DNA of 64,000 nucleotides from Myxococcota bacterium (GCA_039030515.1 JBCCEA010000003.1:64001-128000); one strand, 5' to 3'; counted from the first letter of the stretch, positions 31,576 through 41,498 are shown. Notes: generated from the sequence alone by a model not told the origin. Translations and numbers: made by a program.

Positions 31576-32097
31576 CTAGTTTCTTTCGGTTAATCCTCGC
31601 TTGCGACGAATCTGCTCCATCACGCGTCCATACTCGATTTCAAAAGTTGCAGTCCCTTCCTGCAAGTTCTTGATTTTAGAACGAACTTCCCGATCTAGCT
31701 CGTCATCTAGGTCCATGTGTCTTTTGAAAATGGGTGTCAGTGCGATGCGTAGTTGTCGGTCTTCTGCGTATATTTCCTCGACGTTGTTTGAGTGAAATAG
31801 CATGTTAAGGACCTGTCCGATGAGATACGGTAAAATATCATCTTGCGTCGGAGCGCCCATATCCTTGGCCACCTCTGCTTTGGTCCTACCCAAATGGCTG
31901 TAACCGAGTTTACGGTGCTCCATCCGGTTTTTGGCCTCTTCCACAACCGCACGATCGCGCCGAAGATACTCTTTGAGCACCGCCTCAAGATCCAGCCGAA
32001 CTTCCTCCCGACTCTCGGTTTCTATACTGCCTTCGCCAACAAGCTTATTGACGATTTCCTCTGCGATTGTCGGGATTTTACCGCTGTAAAGTTTCAT
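31576..32097 (-). CDS. DUF507-family protein
   Basis: Starts MKLYSGKIPTIAEEIV; ends LDREVRSKIKNLQEGT...YGRVMEQIRRKRGL. Confidence 0.7.
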   Translation of the reverse strand: MKLYSGKIPTIAEEIVNKLVGEGSIETESREEVRLDLEAVLKEYLRRDRAVVEEAKNRMEHRKLGYSHLGRTKAEVAKDMGAPTQDDILPYLIGQVLNMLFHSNNVEEIYAEDRQLRIALTPIFKRHMDLDDELDREVRSKIKNLQEGTATFEIEYGRVMEQIRRKRGLTERN

Positions 32098-32254
32098 AAG
32101 ATATTCGGACCAAAACCTAGCGGAGCGGAAGCTCAGGGTCAACGTCGGTGGCTTCGCACGCCGAGAAATATCGGTGCGCTTGGGACTATGGAGTGTGAGG
32201 GCTCGCGGCACGCAGCGAACTTAGGCGCTTTGAGATGGACAGGAGTTCGATGCG

Positions 32255-32986
32255 ATGGAAAGGACGAGTACCGAAATGATGCGACCGGCTGAAGTATATG
32301 CCGAGCCGACCGCGGAGGAGCTGCGGCGGAAGAGGATTCTCGAGAGATCCAGGGTATTCCGAACACTTGACGCGACTACGATGCGGTACGTAGTGTCTGC
32401 ATCCTCGCTCTTCGAGGCAAAGCGTCGCACCGCGTTGCCTTCCGATTTGCGATACGTCTATGTTCTCGGCGCAGGACGCATCCGGGTGGTGCGGCGCGCA
32501 TCGGATGGCCGCGAGTTGACGATGGACTACCGCTACCCCGGAGAACTTACCGGGGAAGAAGCCCTGATTCATGCTCCAGAGAATCAGTTGAATCTAGCGA
32601 GCGAGAGAATCGAGGCCGTTCAGCTGCGTGTGGACACGATCAAGCGCCTTTTCACAGATCACTCTGGATTTGCGCTCGCCTTCATGGAGTTTATCGGTGA
32701 ACGACTTCGATCGAGTCAAAGAAGGATGGAAACTCTGTTGACTCGTTCGGTCGAATCGAGGGTGGTTGAGTTCATTTTGGATTCAGCGGAGCGCCACGGT
32801 GAGCCTGACTCCCGGGGCACTTTGGTCGGTATAAAGTTTACTCATCAGGAGATCGCAAGCTTTGTGGGTTCGACCCGTGAAACCGTGACCTTGATTTTAG
32901 GGGAGCTGAGGAAAAACGGATGGGTTGCGTTTGACCATCGGCGGATTCTGGTCACCGACGCCACGTCGATGCGGGCGCGCCTCTAA
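32255..32986 (+). CDS. Crp/Fnr-family transcription regulator
   Basis: cNMP barrel (VYVLGAGRIRV...PGELTGE) and HTH THQEIASFVGSTRETVT. Confidence 0.92.
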   Translation: MERTSTEMMRPAEVYAEPTAEELRRKRILERSRVFRTLDATTMRYVVSASSLFEAKRRTALPSDLRYVYVLGAGRIRVVRRASDGRELTMDYRYPGELTGEEALIHAPENQLNLASERIEAVQLRVDTIKRLFTDHSGFALAFMEFIGERLRSSQRRMETLLTRSVESRVVEFILDSAERHGEPDSRGTLVGIKFTHQEIASFVGSTRETVTLILGELRKNGWVAFDHRRILVTDATSMRARL

Positions 32987-33198
32987 AGTATGCCTTTGTC
33001 GGCCTAAACGGCTGTATATCGGGCGTGCTCGGAGCTTGAGTTGAACTGGGGCCTGCGCACTTTTTCGGAACGTCCGAGGCTCTGCGTGCCGCAGAACCGC
33101 TATCGATGTAAAGCTGGCAAAGCTCGATGTTTTATTTGCAATCCATCCTAGGCAAGAGAGGTGCTCGAAATAATCCGGGCGCTGCATCGTCCAACGAC

Positions 33199-33849
33199 AT
33201 GATGACTTCTCGACCTTCACCAAAAAATGGGATGCTCTGGCTGTTGTGGTTCGGCATTGGGACCACGGTGTGTAGCGGAGCTGTTCCCACATTCAGTGGA
33301 AGCCTACCGAAGGCTTGCGCACAAAGCGCTCAGGACACCCTGCGCGCAAGCCATGATGCGGCAATGCGGGTCCTTAGAAGACCGGTAAGTGAGCGTAGAT
33401 CGGCACAGCTTGACGAGATATTTCAGAGGCTTCTCGACTTTGATGCCCTTGCCAAGCGTTCCCTCGCGACTCACTGGGAAACCATAGAGGTCCACAAGAG
33501 AAGCGAGTTCGTATCTCTACTGAGACAGCTCGTTGAACGAAGCTATCGGAGCAACCTCACGCAAACCCAGACGTACCGCGTGGCCTACCTGGGACAAACC
33601 ACCGAAGAGGAAGAGGTCAGGGTGGCTACCACGGCTCGTTCGGCCGAAAATCGGCGCGCTCCACCCATCGAAATTGAGTACCGGATGCATCAGTTCGAAG
33701 GAACCTGGAAGGTTTTTGACGTGGTGACCGACGGGGTCAGTATGGTGCAAAACTACAAGAGGCAATTTGGACGGATACTGTCCCGTGACGGCATCGACGC
33801 CCTGCTCGATCGGATGCGGACGCGACTCGCCGAAGGCGCCGAATCGTAA
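33199..33849 (+). CDS. MlaC/Ttg2D-family periplasmic phospholipid-binding protein
   Basis: LDFDALAKRSLATHW, WKVFDVVTDGVSMVQNYKRQF, GIDALL. Confidence 0.88.
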   Translation: MMTSRPSPKNGMLWLLWFGIGTTVCSGAVPTFSGSLPKACAQSAQDTLRASHDAAMRVLRRPVSERRSAQLDEIFQRLLDFDALAKRSLATHWETIEVHKRSEFVSLLRQLVERSYRSNLTQTQTYRVAYLGQTTEEEEVRVATTARSAENRRAPPIEIEYRMHQFEGTWKVFDVVTDGVSMVQNYKRQFGRILSRDGIDALLDRMRTRLAEGAES

Positions 33850-33889
33850 GCCGCTGCTCACGCCGACTCAGCGCCCCCCAGCACTCCTC

Positions 33890-34001
33890 GCTAGGTCCGA
33901 ACGCTTGCTTACCTCCCATGCTCGTCGCTCAACGTACCCAAAGTACGCCTTCGCTCCTGTGCTTCCGGGGCGCTCGCTGTTTCGACCAACCTAGGCCCGC
34001 T
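33890..34001. repeat. Copy 1 (left end decayed) of a REP/MITE-like element
   Basis: Shares TGCTTACCTCCCATGCTCG and the ~50-nt right end ...GCTGTTTCGACCAACCTAGGCCCGCT with copy 2. Confidence 0.75.
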
Positions 34002-34043
34002 AGGAGGTGGCGCTGGCCGTTCACACCCATCGAGACGCGCTCC

Positions 34044-34173
34044 AGCGGGCCTATGTCGGCCCAAACAGCTGCTTACCTCCCATGCTCGGAGCTTGAAGTA
34101 TCGTTAATACTCCTGCGCTCCTGCGCTCCTGTGCTTCTGGGGCGCTGGCTGTTTCGACCAACCTAGGCCCGCT
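34044..34173. mobile_element. Copy 2: ~130-bp non-coding element with 26-bp imperfect terminal inverted repeats (MITE/REP-like)
   Basis: Left AGCGGGCCTATGTCGGCCCAAACAGC vs reverse complement of right end AGCGGGCCTAGGTTGGTCGAAACAGC: 22/26 match. Confidence 0.6.
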
Positions 34174-34218
34174 GTGGTGTGGTGGGTGATTCGGCCTCAC
34201 GCACTTGGACTGCCGATT

Positions 34219-34249
34219 TTTGTCACTTGTGCCCGCCAAAGGTGACAAA
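34219..34249. promoter_or_regulatory. Inverted repeat TTTGTCAC-N15-GTGACAAA, candidate enhancer-binding-protein (PilR-type) site
   Basis: Perfect 8-bp dyad 60-90 bp upstream of the -24 box. Confidence 0.55.
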
Positions 34250-34309
34250 GATTGTGACCTTCGAAGCGCTCGATTCTGAAAGATCGTTGAATTCAAAAAT
34301 ACTGCACTA

Positions 34310-34325
34310 TGGTATATATTCTGCA
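34310..34325 (+). promoter_or_regulatory. Sigma54 (-24/-12) promoter of pilA
   Basis: TGGTATATATTCTGCA: GG-N10-GC with exact spacing, about 60 bp before the pilA ATG. Confidence 0.75.
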
Positions 34326-34387
34326 TATAATCGCGTCATGGGCCGCTCACAGCCCTGACCCATCAAGGAAGAGGAGAGTCGATAGCG

Positions 34388-34951
34388 ATGTCAAAGCTTC
34401 TGCGTAAGAAGGAAGGTTTCACGCTCATTGAGCTGATGATCGTGGTAGCCATTATCGGGGTTCTCGCTGCTGTTGCGATCCCAGCATTCGTCAACTACGT
34501 TAAGCGGTCCAAGACTTCAGAGGCGGGAAGCAATCTGAAGTCGCTCTACACGGGTGCCGCGGCCTACTACTCTGCGGAGCACTGGGCCCAAGGCGTGGTG
34601 GCGGTCGGAATGAGCGCTGCCGCGTCCACGGCCTGCCACGGCGCGACCGTTAACTCCGGCAACGCGATTGGCGTCGAAAAGACCGTTATCGACTGGAGCG
34701 CAGCGGCTCTTCTCGATTTCGAGGATTACAATTTCCAGGTGGCCGATCCCATTTATTACCAGTATGACGTAGTAGCGGCCGTCGCAGGCGGCTGCGGTAA
34801 TGCTGCCGGGACGAGCGCCTATACCTTCTCGGCGTTCGGCGACCTTGACGGAGACACCGTAGTCAGCACGTTCGAGATTCAGGTGGCGTCCAATAACGAA
34901 AACGCACTCTACCGCACGCCTGGTATCTACGTCGTCAACGAACTCGAGTAG
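34388..34951 (+). CDS. pilA: Type IVa major pilin
   Basis: [26 protein letters not shown] prepilin site, RSKTSEA; strong RBS GAGGAG. Confidence 0.92.
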   Translation: MSKLLRKKEGFTLIELMIVVAIIGVLAAVAIPAFVNYVKRSKTSEAGSNLKSLYTGAAAYYSAEHWAQGVVAVGMSAAASTACHGATVNSGNAIGVEKTVIDWSAAALLDFEDYNFQVADPIYYQYDVVAAVAGGCGNAAGTSAYTFSAFGDLDGDTVVSTFEIQVASNNENALYRTPGIYVVNELE

Positions 34952-34976
34952 TTCTTTCAAGCAAAGAACTTTTTTG

Positions 34977-35006
34977 TGCTCCTGCCTCGGCGGGAGCATT
35001 TTTTTT
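34977..35006 (+). terminator. Intrinsic terminator after pilA
   Basis: TGCTCCTGC...GCGGGAGCA hairpin followed by a T8 tract. Confidence 0.85.
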
Positions 35007-35007
35007 G

Positions 35008-35643
35008 CTACTCGACCCGGTTGACCACGTATAGAATCCCTACCGGAGCCAAAAGCCCGTCGCTGGTCGTGGTTGCGTGTCGTTCGAACGTGGAAAGCGT
35101 TCCATCTTCGTCCAGATCGCCCTCTGCACGTAGCGTCACCAATATCTCATTGGGTGTAAGCGTGGACTGTCCGCACCCATGTTCTTTCGGCAGAAAACTG
35201 TATCGGTATCTCGTCGCTCGTTCAGGATGGAACCCGAGTGCTGCCCAAACTTCGCTATCGCTTCGATCTGCATCGAGAAAATCAACTTCGACAGGTTCTG
35301 CTGCAGCGCGAAGTGGGGTGGGTCCAGCGGACTTGGGAAGACACTGATGTTGCCCGGTCGCAGAAGACGCGGTCTCAAAATACACTGCAGTTCTACGATA
35401 GAGCGATGCGAGTTGCTCGCTTGCCTCTGAGATCTTCGAGCTACGAATTGTTCTAAAGAACGTGGGAACAAACACCGCAAGCAACAGGCTGAAGATACAG
35501 GTCACAAGCGTCGCTTCAACGAGGGACAGTCCATGCGCTCTTTGTCGACGAAAAATTTTTGGATTTTGTCGGCTCGCAATATCTCGACTTCGGATAGAGC
35601 GCCTCCGCAGGACAGCGCCAGCGTTCCCACTTGAAGATCGCAT
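35008..35643 (-). CDS. Pilin-like protein, paralog of pilA
   Basis: HG|LSLVEATLVTCIFSLLLAVFVP, RSSKISEASEQL..LY, AEGDLDEDGTLSTFE, LYVVNRVE. Confidence 0.8.
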   Translation of the reverse strand: MRSSSGNAGAVLRRRSIRSRDIASRQNPKIFRRQRAHGLSLVEATLVTCIFSLLLAVFVPTFFRTIRSSKISEASEQLASLYRRTAVYFETASSATGQHQCLPKSAGPTPLRAAAEPVEVDFLDADRSDSEVWAALGFHPERATRYRYSFLPKEHGCGQSTLTPNEILVTLRAEGDLDEDGTLSTFERHATTTSDGLLAPVGILYVVNRVE

Positions 35644-35671
35644 GCCTTCTATCTCCCTGAAAACCGGTCTC

Positions 35672-38557
35672 TTACGGACCTGCGCCAGGCGTTAGCTGCA
35701 AAATCTTGGTGTTGGTTTGTCCCGGTAGGATGTTGACGTTCAGTGACTGCCGGATGTTGAACTCAGGATTGACCAAGGTAAGCCGATGTGTCCCAGGTCG
35801 GAGAGAGATCGACATTTGCGGGGTGTTGCCCACGAGGCGTCCATCCACATAAACCTGCGACCACGGGCGTGTGTTCACGCGCAACAGGCCAGCTTCTCCG
35901 TCGGTAGGCTCGACGCTATTCGGGGTGGGCGTCGCCTGAAAGGACGTGGGAGACCGCGCAAATGTCGTTGGCAGCTCGCCGCCTGTTGGCGTTGCGATCT
36001 GCATGCTTGCTACGGCCTGAAGTGGGCGCGGCATCGGCGGCATGGACGGTGAGCTCATGGAGAGAGACGCCCCGCGGCTTGAGGAGCCAGGGTTTGCTGG
36101 GGGGCGAGACACGAGTCTTGCTCGAACTTCAACCTCATCTACATCTGCAGGAACCGGAAGCGGACGCTCCCAAGGCACAAAACCTGGACGAATCATCTTT
36201 ACCGTCCAAGGCGCATCAGAGGGATCGATGGCCGCCGTTATCGGCGTTCTGGACTGCAGCGTACGGCGGGTTCCTTGCCCCGTAAGGATGACGCGGGCTC
36301 CCGGAGGAGTCGACCGCAGATACACCGTAAGCTGCCGGCGGGTTAAGGCAACACGCGGAAGTTCGAAAACCTTCTCTGCCTCAACCTCTATCTCGGTTTG
36401 CCAGGGCGTATAGTCCGCTCCCATCTCGACACGTACCGAGTGTGTGCCCGGTGTTAGGCTCGTTGCTTGAATCGGAGTACGCTCGGTTTGCTCGCTGCCA
36501 TCGATGTACACCGTTGCACCGCTTGGAACCGTATCGAGGATGAATCCGGTACCTTGCACATCACCGACCACTCGGCCGACCTGCTCGACCGCATCTGGAA
36601 TCGGCACAAGCACCACAGGAACCTCTAAAACCTCCCCAGGTCGCAAGTTCACCGACTGTATCCAGGAGCGATATCCGGATTTACGGATCTCGATCAGATG
36701 GACTTCGTTCGACGACACGTCGTTGATGAGGAAGGGGCTCGCGGTGGCCTGCAGAGGAACTGTATCGAAGGCCACAAGGTCCGGATTCGAGGGCGTGGTC
36801 ATCACATGGATCGCGCCAGACTCAGGAATACCGGAAACCCACCACACGATTCCGAGTAGAAGTGCGGCGAAAACTACAAAAACACCGGCCACCGCACCAG
36901 CAATACGTCGATTGGGATCTTCAGGGCGCTGGGTTAGCTCGGTGGACTCGTGGAGAGCCTCACCCTGAATGTTCGAATCGGCAAGGGACTGTTCGAGGAT
37001 ATGAGCGTCCGCTCCAGAGTCGTCCTCAGCGCTTTTCTCATCCTGCATCTCGTGGAAAGGAGAGGGAATTCCGCCGAAGGAAACTTCATCCTCAGGACGA
37101 TCGTAAATCTGAGTGGCGAGCTCTTCGTCATCCCACTCCATCTCTAAGTTGGGTCCCGTGCCCATCGCGGGAACGTCGCTCTCTCTGCTTCTTGCAACTT
37201 CGAGTTTTGGCTGCTTAGTGCCCGAAACATTGGCATCTAAGGATGAGGATCTACTTTTCAGATCACGAGAGGCGTTAGGTAGATCCCTTGGAACACCAGC
37301 GGGTTGCAGAGAAGGAATAGAGGCCAGCGGAGGAACTCCGGAGCGTCGTGCATCTCCCCTCAAGGCTTCGATAGACGAGTGGCGAGGCGGAGGACGCGAC
37401 GACGCCGGCGGCTTAGGTGGTGGTAGCGAGGACCGCGAAGCGGAGCGTCCGTGCGGGGCCTGCGAGATGTTCGCCGGAGGTGGTGGTGGAGGCAAGGTTG
37501 GGCGACGTGATACGCGCTCACCCCGCTCGAGCCGTGGAGGCAACTTTTCGAGCGCACCAAAGCCAGATGGAGCAAAGCCAGATGGAGCCTCTGTCTGACG
37601 GAATTTTTGATCGCGGGCGGACTCCTTCGCGATTTCGTCCGCAAACATCTTACGCATGTAGGCGTTCAAATCTTTCCGGGAGAAAACATTCCCGCTTGTG
37701 TACGTGAAGGACTGCAAATCATCGTGCAGGTCCATCGTGGTCTGGTAGCGATCGTCTGCATCCTTTGCCAGAGTCTTTAGCACGATTTGCTCAAGCTCTT
37801 CTGGGATCCGGTGATTGTAGCTTCGAGGAGGGGCGATCTCGACGTTGCGCACTTTTTCAAGTGTCGAAAAGTCGCTCTCTCCCACAAACAGTCGTTCGCC
37901 AGTGAGCAGCTCGTAGAGGACGATCCCGAGAGAAAAGATATCACTGCGCCGATCCAAGGGTAGGCCCCGAACCTGCTCAGGCGACATATAACCGAATTTC
38001 CCCTTCAGAATTCCGGCCTGGGTTTTCCCAGCTTTATTTGCGGCCTTAGCGATTCCGAAGTCGATGATTTTGGTGTCTCCATCGTAGGAGATGAGGACAT
38101 TTTGCGGAGACACGTCGCGATGAACGAGCGATAGGTCGCGACCTCTATCGTCTTTCTTGTTGTGCGCGTAGTCCAACGCTTCGCACACCTTCATTAATAC
38201 GTAGCAGGACATGGGAATCGGAATCGTTTCCCCTCGTTTGCGTGCCCGGTCGAATATCGCACGGGCGTCTTTACCGTGGACATACTCCATGGCGATGAAG
38301 AACGAGTCCTCCACTCGGCCAAGATCGAATATTTGTGCGATGTTGGCGTGATTGAGCTGTACTGCAATCTTGGCCTCGTCGACAAACATGGTCACGAACT
38401 CAGAGTCCTCAGCGATGCTCGGTAAAATCCGCTTCACCGCGACCAGGCGCTCAAAGCCTTCCACTCCAAAAGACTTTGCCTTGAAGACCTCGGCCATGCC
38501 TCCAACGTTCACCCGTTCGAGTAGGAGGTAAGTTCCAAAAGGAATCGGCTTCTTCAC
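35672..38557 (-). CDS. Membrane Ser/Thr protein kinase with periplasmic PEGA repeats
   Basis: GGMAEVFKA, VAVKRIL, HRDVSPQN, DFGIAK, GKFGYMSPEQ, Pro-rich linker, TM, PEGA-like repeats. GTG start at 38557 inferred. Confidence 0.93.
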   Translation of the reverse strand: MKKPIPFGTYLLLERVNVGGMAEVFKAKSFGVEGFERLVAVKRILPSIAEDSEFVTMFVDEAKIAVQLNHANIAQIFDLGRVEDSFFIAMEYVHGKDARAIFDRARKRGETIPIPMSCYVLMKVCEALDYAHNKKDDRGRDLSLVHRDVSPQNVLISYDGDTKIIDFGIAKAANKAGKTQAGILKGKFGYMSPEQVRGLPLDRRSDIFSLGIVLYELLTGERLFVGESDFSTLEKVRNVEIAPPRSYNHRIPEELEQIVLKTLAKDADDRYQTTMDLHDDLQSFTYTSGNVFSRKDLNAYMRKMFADEIAKESARDQKFRQTEAPSGFAPSGFGALEKLPPRLERGERVSRRPTLPPPPPPANISQAPHGRSASRSSLPPPKPPASSRPPPRHSSIEALRGDARRSGVPPLASIPSLQPAGVPRDLPNASRDLKSRSSSLDANVSGTKQPKLEVARSRESDVPAMGTGPNLEMEWDDEELATQIYDRPEDEVSFGGIPSPFHEMQDEKSAEDDSGADAHILEQSLADSNIQGEALHESTELTQRPEDPNRRIAGAVAGVFVVFAALLLGIVWWVSGIPESGAIHVMTTPSNPDLVAFDTVPLQATASPFLINDVSSNEVHLIEIRKSGYRSWIQSVNLRPGEVLEVPVVLVPIPDAVEQVGRVVGDVQGTGFILDTVPSGATVYIDGSEQTERTPIQATSLTPGTHSVRVEMGADYTPWQTEIEVEAEKVFELPRVALTRRQLTVYLRSTPPGARVILTGQGTRRTLQSRTPITAAIDPSDAPWTVKMIRPGFVPWERPLPVPADVDEVEVRARLVSRPPANPGSSSRGASLSMSSPSMPPMPRPLQAVASMQIATPTGGELPTTFARSPTSFQATPTPNSVEPTDGEAGLLRVNTRPWSQVYVDGRLVGNTPQMSISLRPGTHRLTLVNPEFNIRQSLNVNILPGQTNTKILQLTPGAGP

Positions 38558-38798
38558 CGCGCCCCTCGGGATCTGCAAAAGGAGCGCGCCCGCCGGAGAC
38601 AACTCGTCTGAGAAGAGAACGACAACGGACTAATCTCGCCACACAATTTCACGGGTCGGTAAAGTCGTTTGGACCCAGACGCCGTTACGGACCTGCATGC
38701 CGTCATGGATTTGGTGCATCGTAAAGTGAAACTAAGTCGTAACTTGAGGCTAAATCGTGATCGGAAAATCGCTCGGAAGCAACGTGCGAAATCGGTAA

Positions 38799-41498
38799 CT
38801 ACTGGGGTCCCAAGAACCGAGAGGGACCTTCTAGTTTGAGATAACGTACCCTCGCGTCCTGCAGATGGGCCCAAACGCCGTAGGGCCGAGGTTGTACTTC
38901 GGGAAACAGAACTTCCGCCGCGGGTCGATCATTTCCAAAGAATTTCAGCGCTTCCGCCGGGTTTACCAATCGTTCGAAGCCTTGGAGGTCCATGGTTTCG
39001 CTTCCCACGACAAACGCAAGCCTTGCCCCCTCCGAGAGGATCAATGCGCGTTCAACGCCCGCAGATCGCATTCGAGAACACAGAGATCGATCTTCACTTG
39101 AAGTTTCTGCGTAGAGTAGAAACCCGTCCTGATCGACGCCGAGGGCCGCGTTTGCGACCGAGTCCTCAGTAAGCACCGGCCCATAGAAAAGTACTTTGCC
39201 CCCTCTTGGAACGTGGCCAACGCCCATAGAATAGCCCGCCGTGCGCTCTCGATACCATAGGGCTTCCCATCCCTCCTGGTGGGAGCGCATAGGCACCTCG
39301 GTCAAGTATGCGATAGGCTTTTCGAGTCCAGGCCAGGCCATCGGCTCGGGCATCGCGCGACGCGGATCAATGCGCACCAAGGTAAGCTCTGGCATCACCA
39401 AGCGCGCAAAAGCATGTGGCCAACCCGCGTGCGGCAATCCCTTGGTCGAAAACACCTCTCCTGTGTCTACCGGCGGTCCAGGCAGTGTCGGCACTTGGGT
39501 CAGGTAGAAAAAATCCCTCGGATCCCTCGCCACGTACCTAGGAAAATTCATGTGAATCATGGGCTTGACGGCTCTGCGCGCTCGCATGTGTAGAGCGGGC
39601 ATACCGGGCACATCTCCCTCAAACTCATTCGCAGTGTCGAGTGCTCGTCCCAAAGCAGGCAACGGCTGGGACCGAGGCACGATGTTGAAAAACTCGAACC
39701 CCGTGTGCACATGATTCATGTCCAAATGCATTCCTCGGATACATCGGACCGAAAGCATGGCTTCACCCAGACTCTTTGGCCCGAGTGAAGGGCCCCAAAA
39801 GTACGCCAGATAGTGTTCCTCGGTGAGACAAATTCCCGTTCGATAGATGAAGGTCTGCTCTTCTGCATTAGGCGAAGCGGCGCCCCAGTACCATCTCGAC
39901 CAAGGGTTGTAGGTGCCATCTTCAACCAGGCTGGTGAGGTTTTGACGGTACTCGATAAGATTGGAAGGGATTTGAGCTGTCGCCCATGATTCCCGATACT
40001 CGCGAACGCCGGCAGGCGCCGGGAGCCATGATCCCATGGTGGGACGGCCGTCGCGAAGGAGTCCTACCGTTGCAGACCAAGGTTTGGGTGGCAGATATAC
40101 CTCACCATCGCTCATCACACCGAACTCGCCGTGAACCGCTTGGAAACCGCCGTTAAACCCGCCGACAACGCGCTGGAGCAGCTTGGAGTCCCTTGGAATC
40201 ATCCCAGCCCCGAGACTACCGGTGACGCTCTCGGGTTCTTGGGTGCCGGTCATCACCCGAAGCTGCACCTGACGGGGATCCCAAAGCACGATGAATACTT
40301 TGCTAAAGACGCGCTCAAGGTCCGGCCGGAGAAATGTTTGATAAAATGCGGGCGGAGCGTTTGGGTAGGTGCTCACAAAAGGGTCGTCGACAACGGGAAC
40401 CCAAACTCCCTCGTGATCCAGCGACGGAGCCATCAGCGGGGATAGGTCTGGAGGTGGCCATTTCAGTTCCGGATCGTTGATGGTGGCGGAAAGTCGTCGC
40501 CTTGTTTCCTCCTCGGATACCCCCAGTTCCTCAGCCACTTCCGCCGAGAGCTCCCGCCTCGTTCCCCCGAGGACGCGATGTTTGGCGCGCTGGATCAGAT
40601 CCCTCAAGCCAAAGACCCGACGTTCCAACCAGTCCACCGGCTCTGGGCCCACAAAGGGTAGCGATCGCACCGTATCGACTACCCAGGAGATACCGCCGGG
40701 AGCACCTTTGTATTGATGCTGCACGACCAAGTCGGGCCCTTCTAAACCGAAATCTGCGGCGGAAGTTTCAAGCGCCAAGAGATCCACTCGGACCTCAGCA
40801 GCACCCTCATCCATGCGAAGCAAGAACTCGTCCGACGAAGCTTCCAGCCGCGCCTGAGCCCGAGGCGCGGCAAATACGTAACGAACCTTACCAAACCCTT
40901 GACTGCGTCCAGACGTTTGGAGATTTGTAATCGCATTCTGAACACGTTGGCGCTGCGACCAACCGGCGGTGATGTGTGGCTCTTCTCCCCGCAGGTCGAA
41001 TACCACCACCGCTTCGTACTCGCCCCGTACTCGACTGAGACAGGCGACTCGCACTCCGCTACGAACCAGCTGCAGCTCCTCAGCAAGCGGTGTCCTAGTC
41101 AGGTTGTGAAGGCTAAAGAGGTCGACCACCGAATTCCGGTTGGCTCGAAGCCTCGCAAAATATACGTCGGTGTGTTGTTCCGGCAATTTCGCCAAAAAAA
41201 GGGCAGATACGAACCGAGTCCGATCGAGGGGGTCCAGCCAGAGCGTCGAATCAGGGACGAGCTGCAGTCCGCGTCTCGAAAGGATCGAGAAAAGCGCTTG
41301 GTCGACCGTGCGACCTCGGGCTTGGCCCCCAGACCGAAATACCAAGAGCGCAGTCGAGCAGAGCAAGGCTGCAATAAACAGAGACGTTCTTCGCCGCGAG
41401 TACCTGAAAAACAGCGCGGTCAATGAAGTCATCTCGTGCACAGGCTCGTGCGCAGGCTGTGTCGCAACGTGCTCCGGCCCTTTCGTTTGGCGACTCAT
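38799..41498 (-). CDS. Large membrane-anchored hypothetical protein with a phosphodiester-glycosidase-like central domain
   Basis: GGAGG RBS before ATG 41498, TM segment, WDPRQVQL, GGFNGGFQAVHG, RQNLTSLV, RTGIC, GMHLDMN. Confidence 0.6.
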   Translation of the reverse strand: MSRQTKGPEHVATQPAHEPVHEMTSLTALFFRYSRRRTSLFIAALLCSTALLVFRSGGQARGRTVDQALFSILSRRGLQLVPDSTLWLDPLDRTRFVSALFLAKLPEQHTDVYFARLRANRNSVVDLFSLHNLTRTPLAEELQLVRSGVRVACLSRVRGEYEAVVVFDLRGEEPHITAGWSQRQRVQNAITNLQTSGRSQGFGKVRYVFAAPRAQARLEASSDEFLLRMDEGAAEVRVDLLALETSAADFGLEGPDLVVQHQYKGAPGGISWVVDTVRSLPFVGPEPVDWLERRVFGLRDLIQRAKHRVLGGTRRELSAEVAEELGVSEEETRRRLSATINDPELKWPPPDLSPLMAPSLDHEGVWVPVVDDPFVSTYPNAPPAFYQTFLRPDLERVFSKVFIVLWDPRQVQLRVMTGTQEPESVTGSLGAGMIPRDSKLLQRVVGGFNGGFQAVHGEFGVMSDGEVYLPPKPWSATVGLLRDGRPTMGSWLPAPAGVREYRESWATAQIPSNLIEYRQNLTSLVEDGTYNPWSRWYWGAASPNAEEQTFIYRTGICLTEEHYLAYFWGPSLGPKSLGEAMLSVRCIRGMHLDMNHVHTGFEFFNIVPRSQPLPALGRALDTANEFEGDVPGMPALHMRARRAVKPMIHMNFPRYVARDPRDFFYLTQVPTLPGPPVDTGEVFSTKGLPHAGWPHAFARLVMPELTLVRIDPRRAMPEPMAWPGLEKPIAYLTEVPMRSHQEGWEALWYRERTAGYSMGVGHVPRGGKVLFYGPVLTEDSVANAALGVDQDGFLLYAETSSEDRSLCSRMRSAGVERALILSEGARLAFVVGSETMDLQGFERLVNPAEALKFFGNDRPAAEVLFPEVQPRPYGVWAHLQDARVRYLKLEGPSRFLGPQ

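Noticed and set aside
32255..32986. MrpC ortholog
   Set aside because: The HTH reads GSTRETVT (generic Crp), unlike MrpC as I recall it, and no mrpAB is adjacent.
33890..34173. Mini-CRISPR (conserved blocks with variable ~30-nt middles)
   Set aside because: Two different blocks alternate, there are only two copies, TIR architecture fits better, and there are no cas genes.
34388..35643. Invertible pilin antigenic-variation cassette
   Set aside because: DNA identity is short and confined to the extreme 3' ends, inversion would swap almost nothing, and no recombinase is present.
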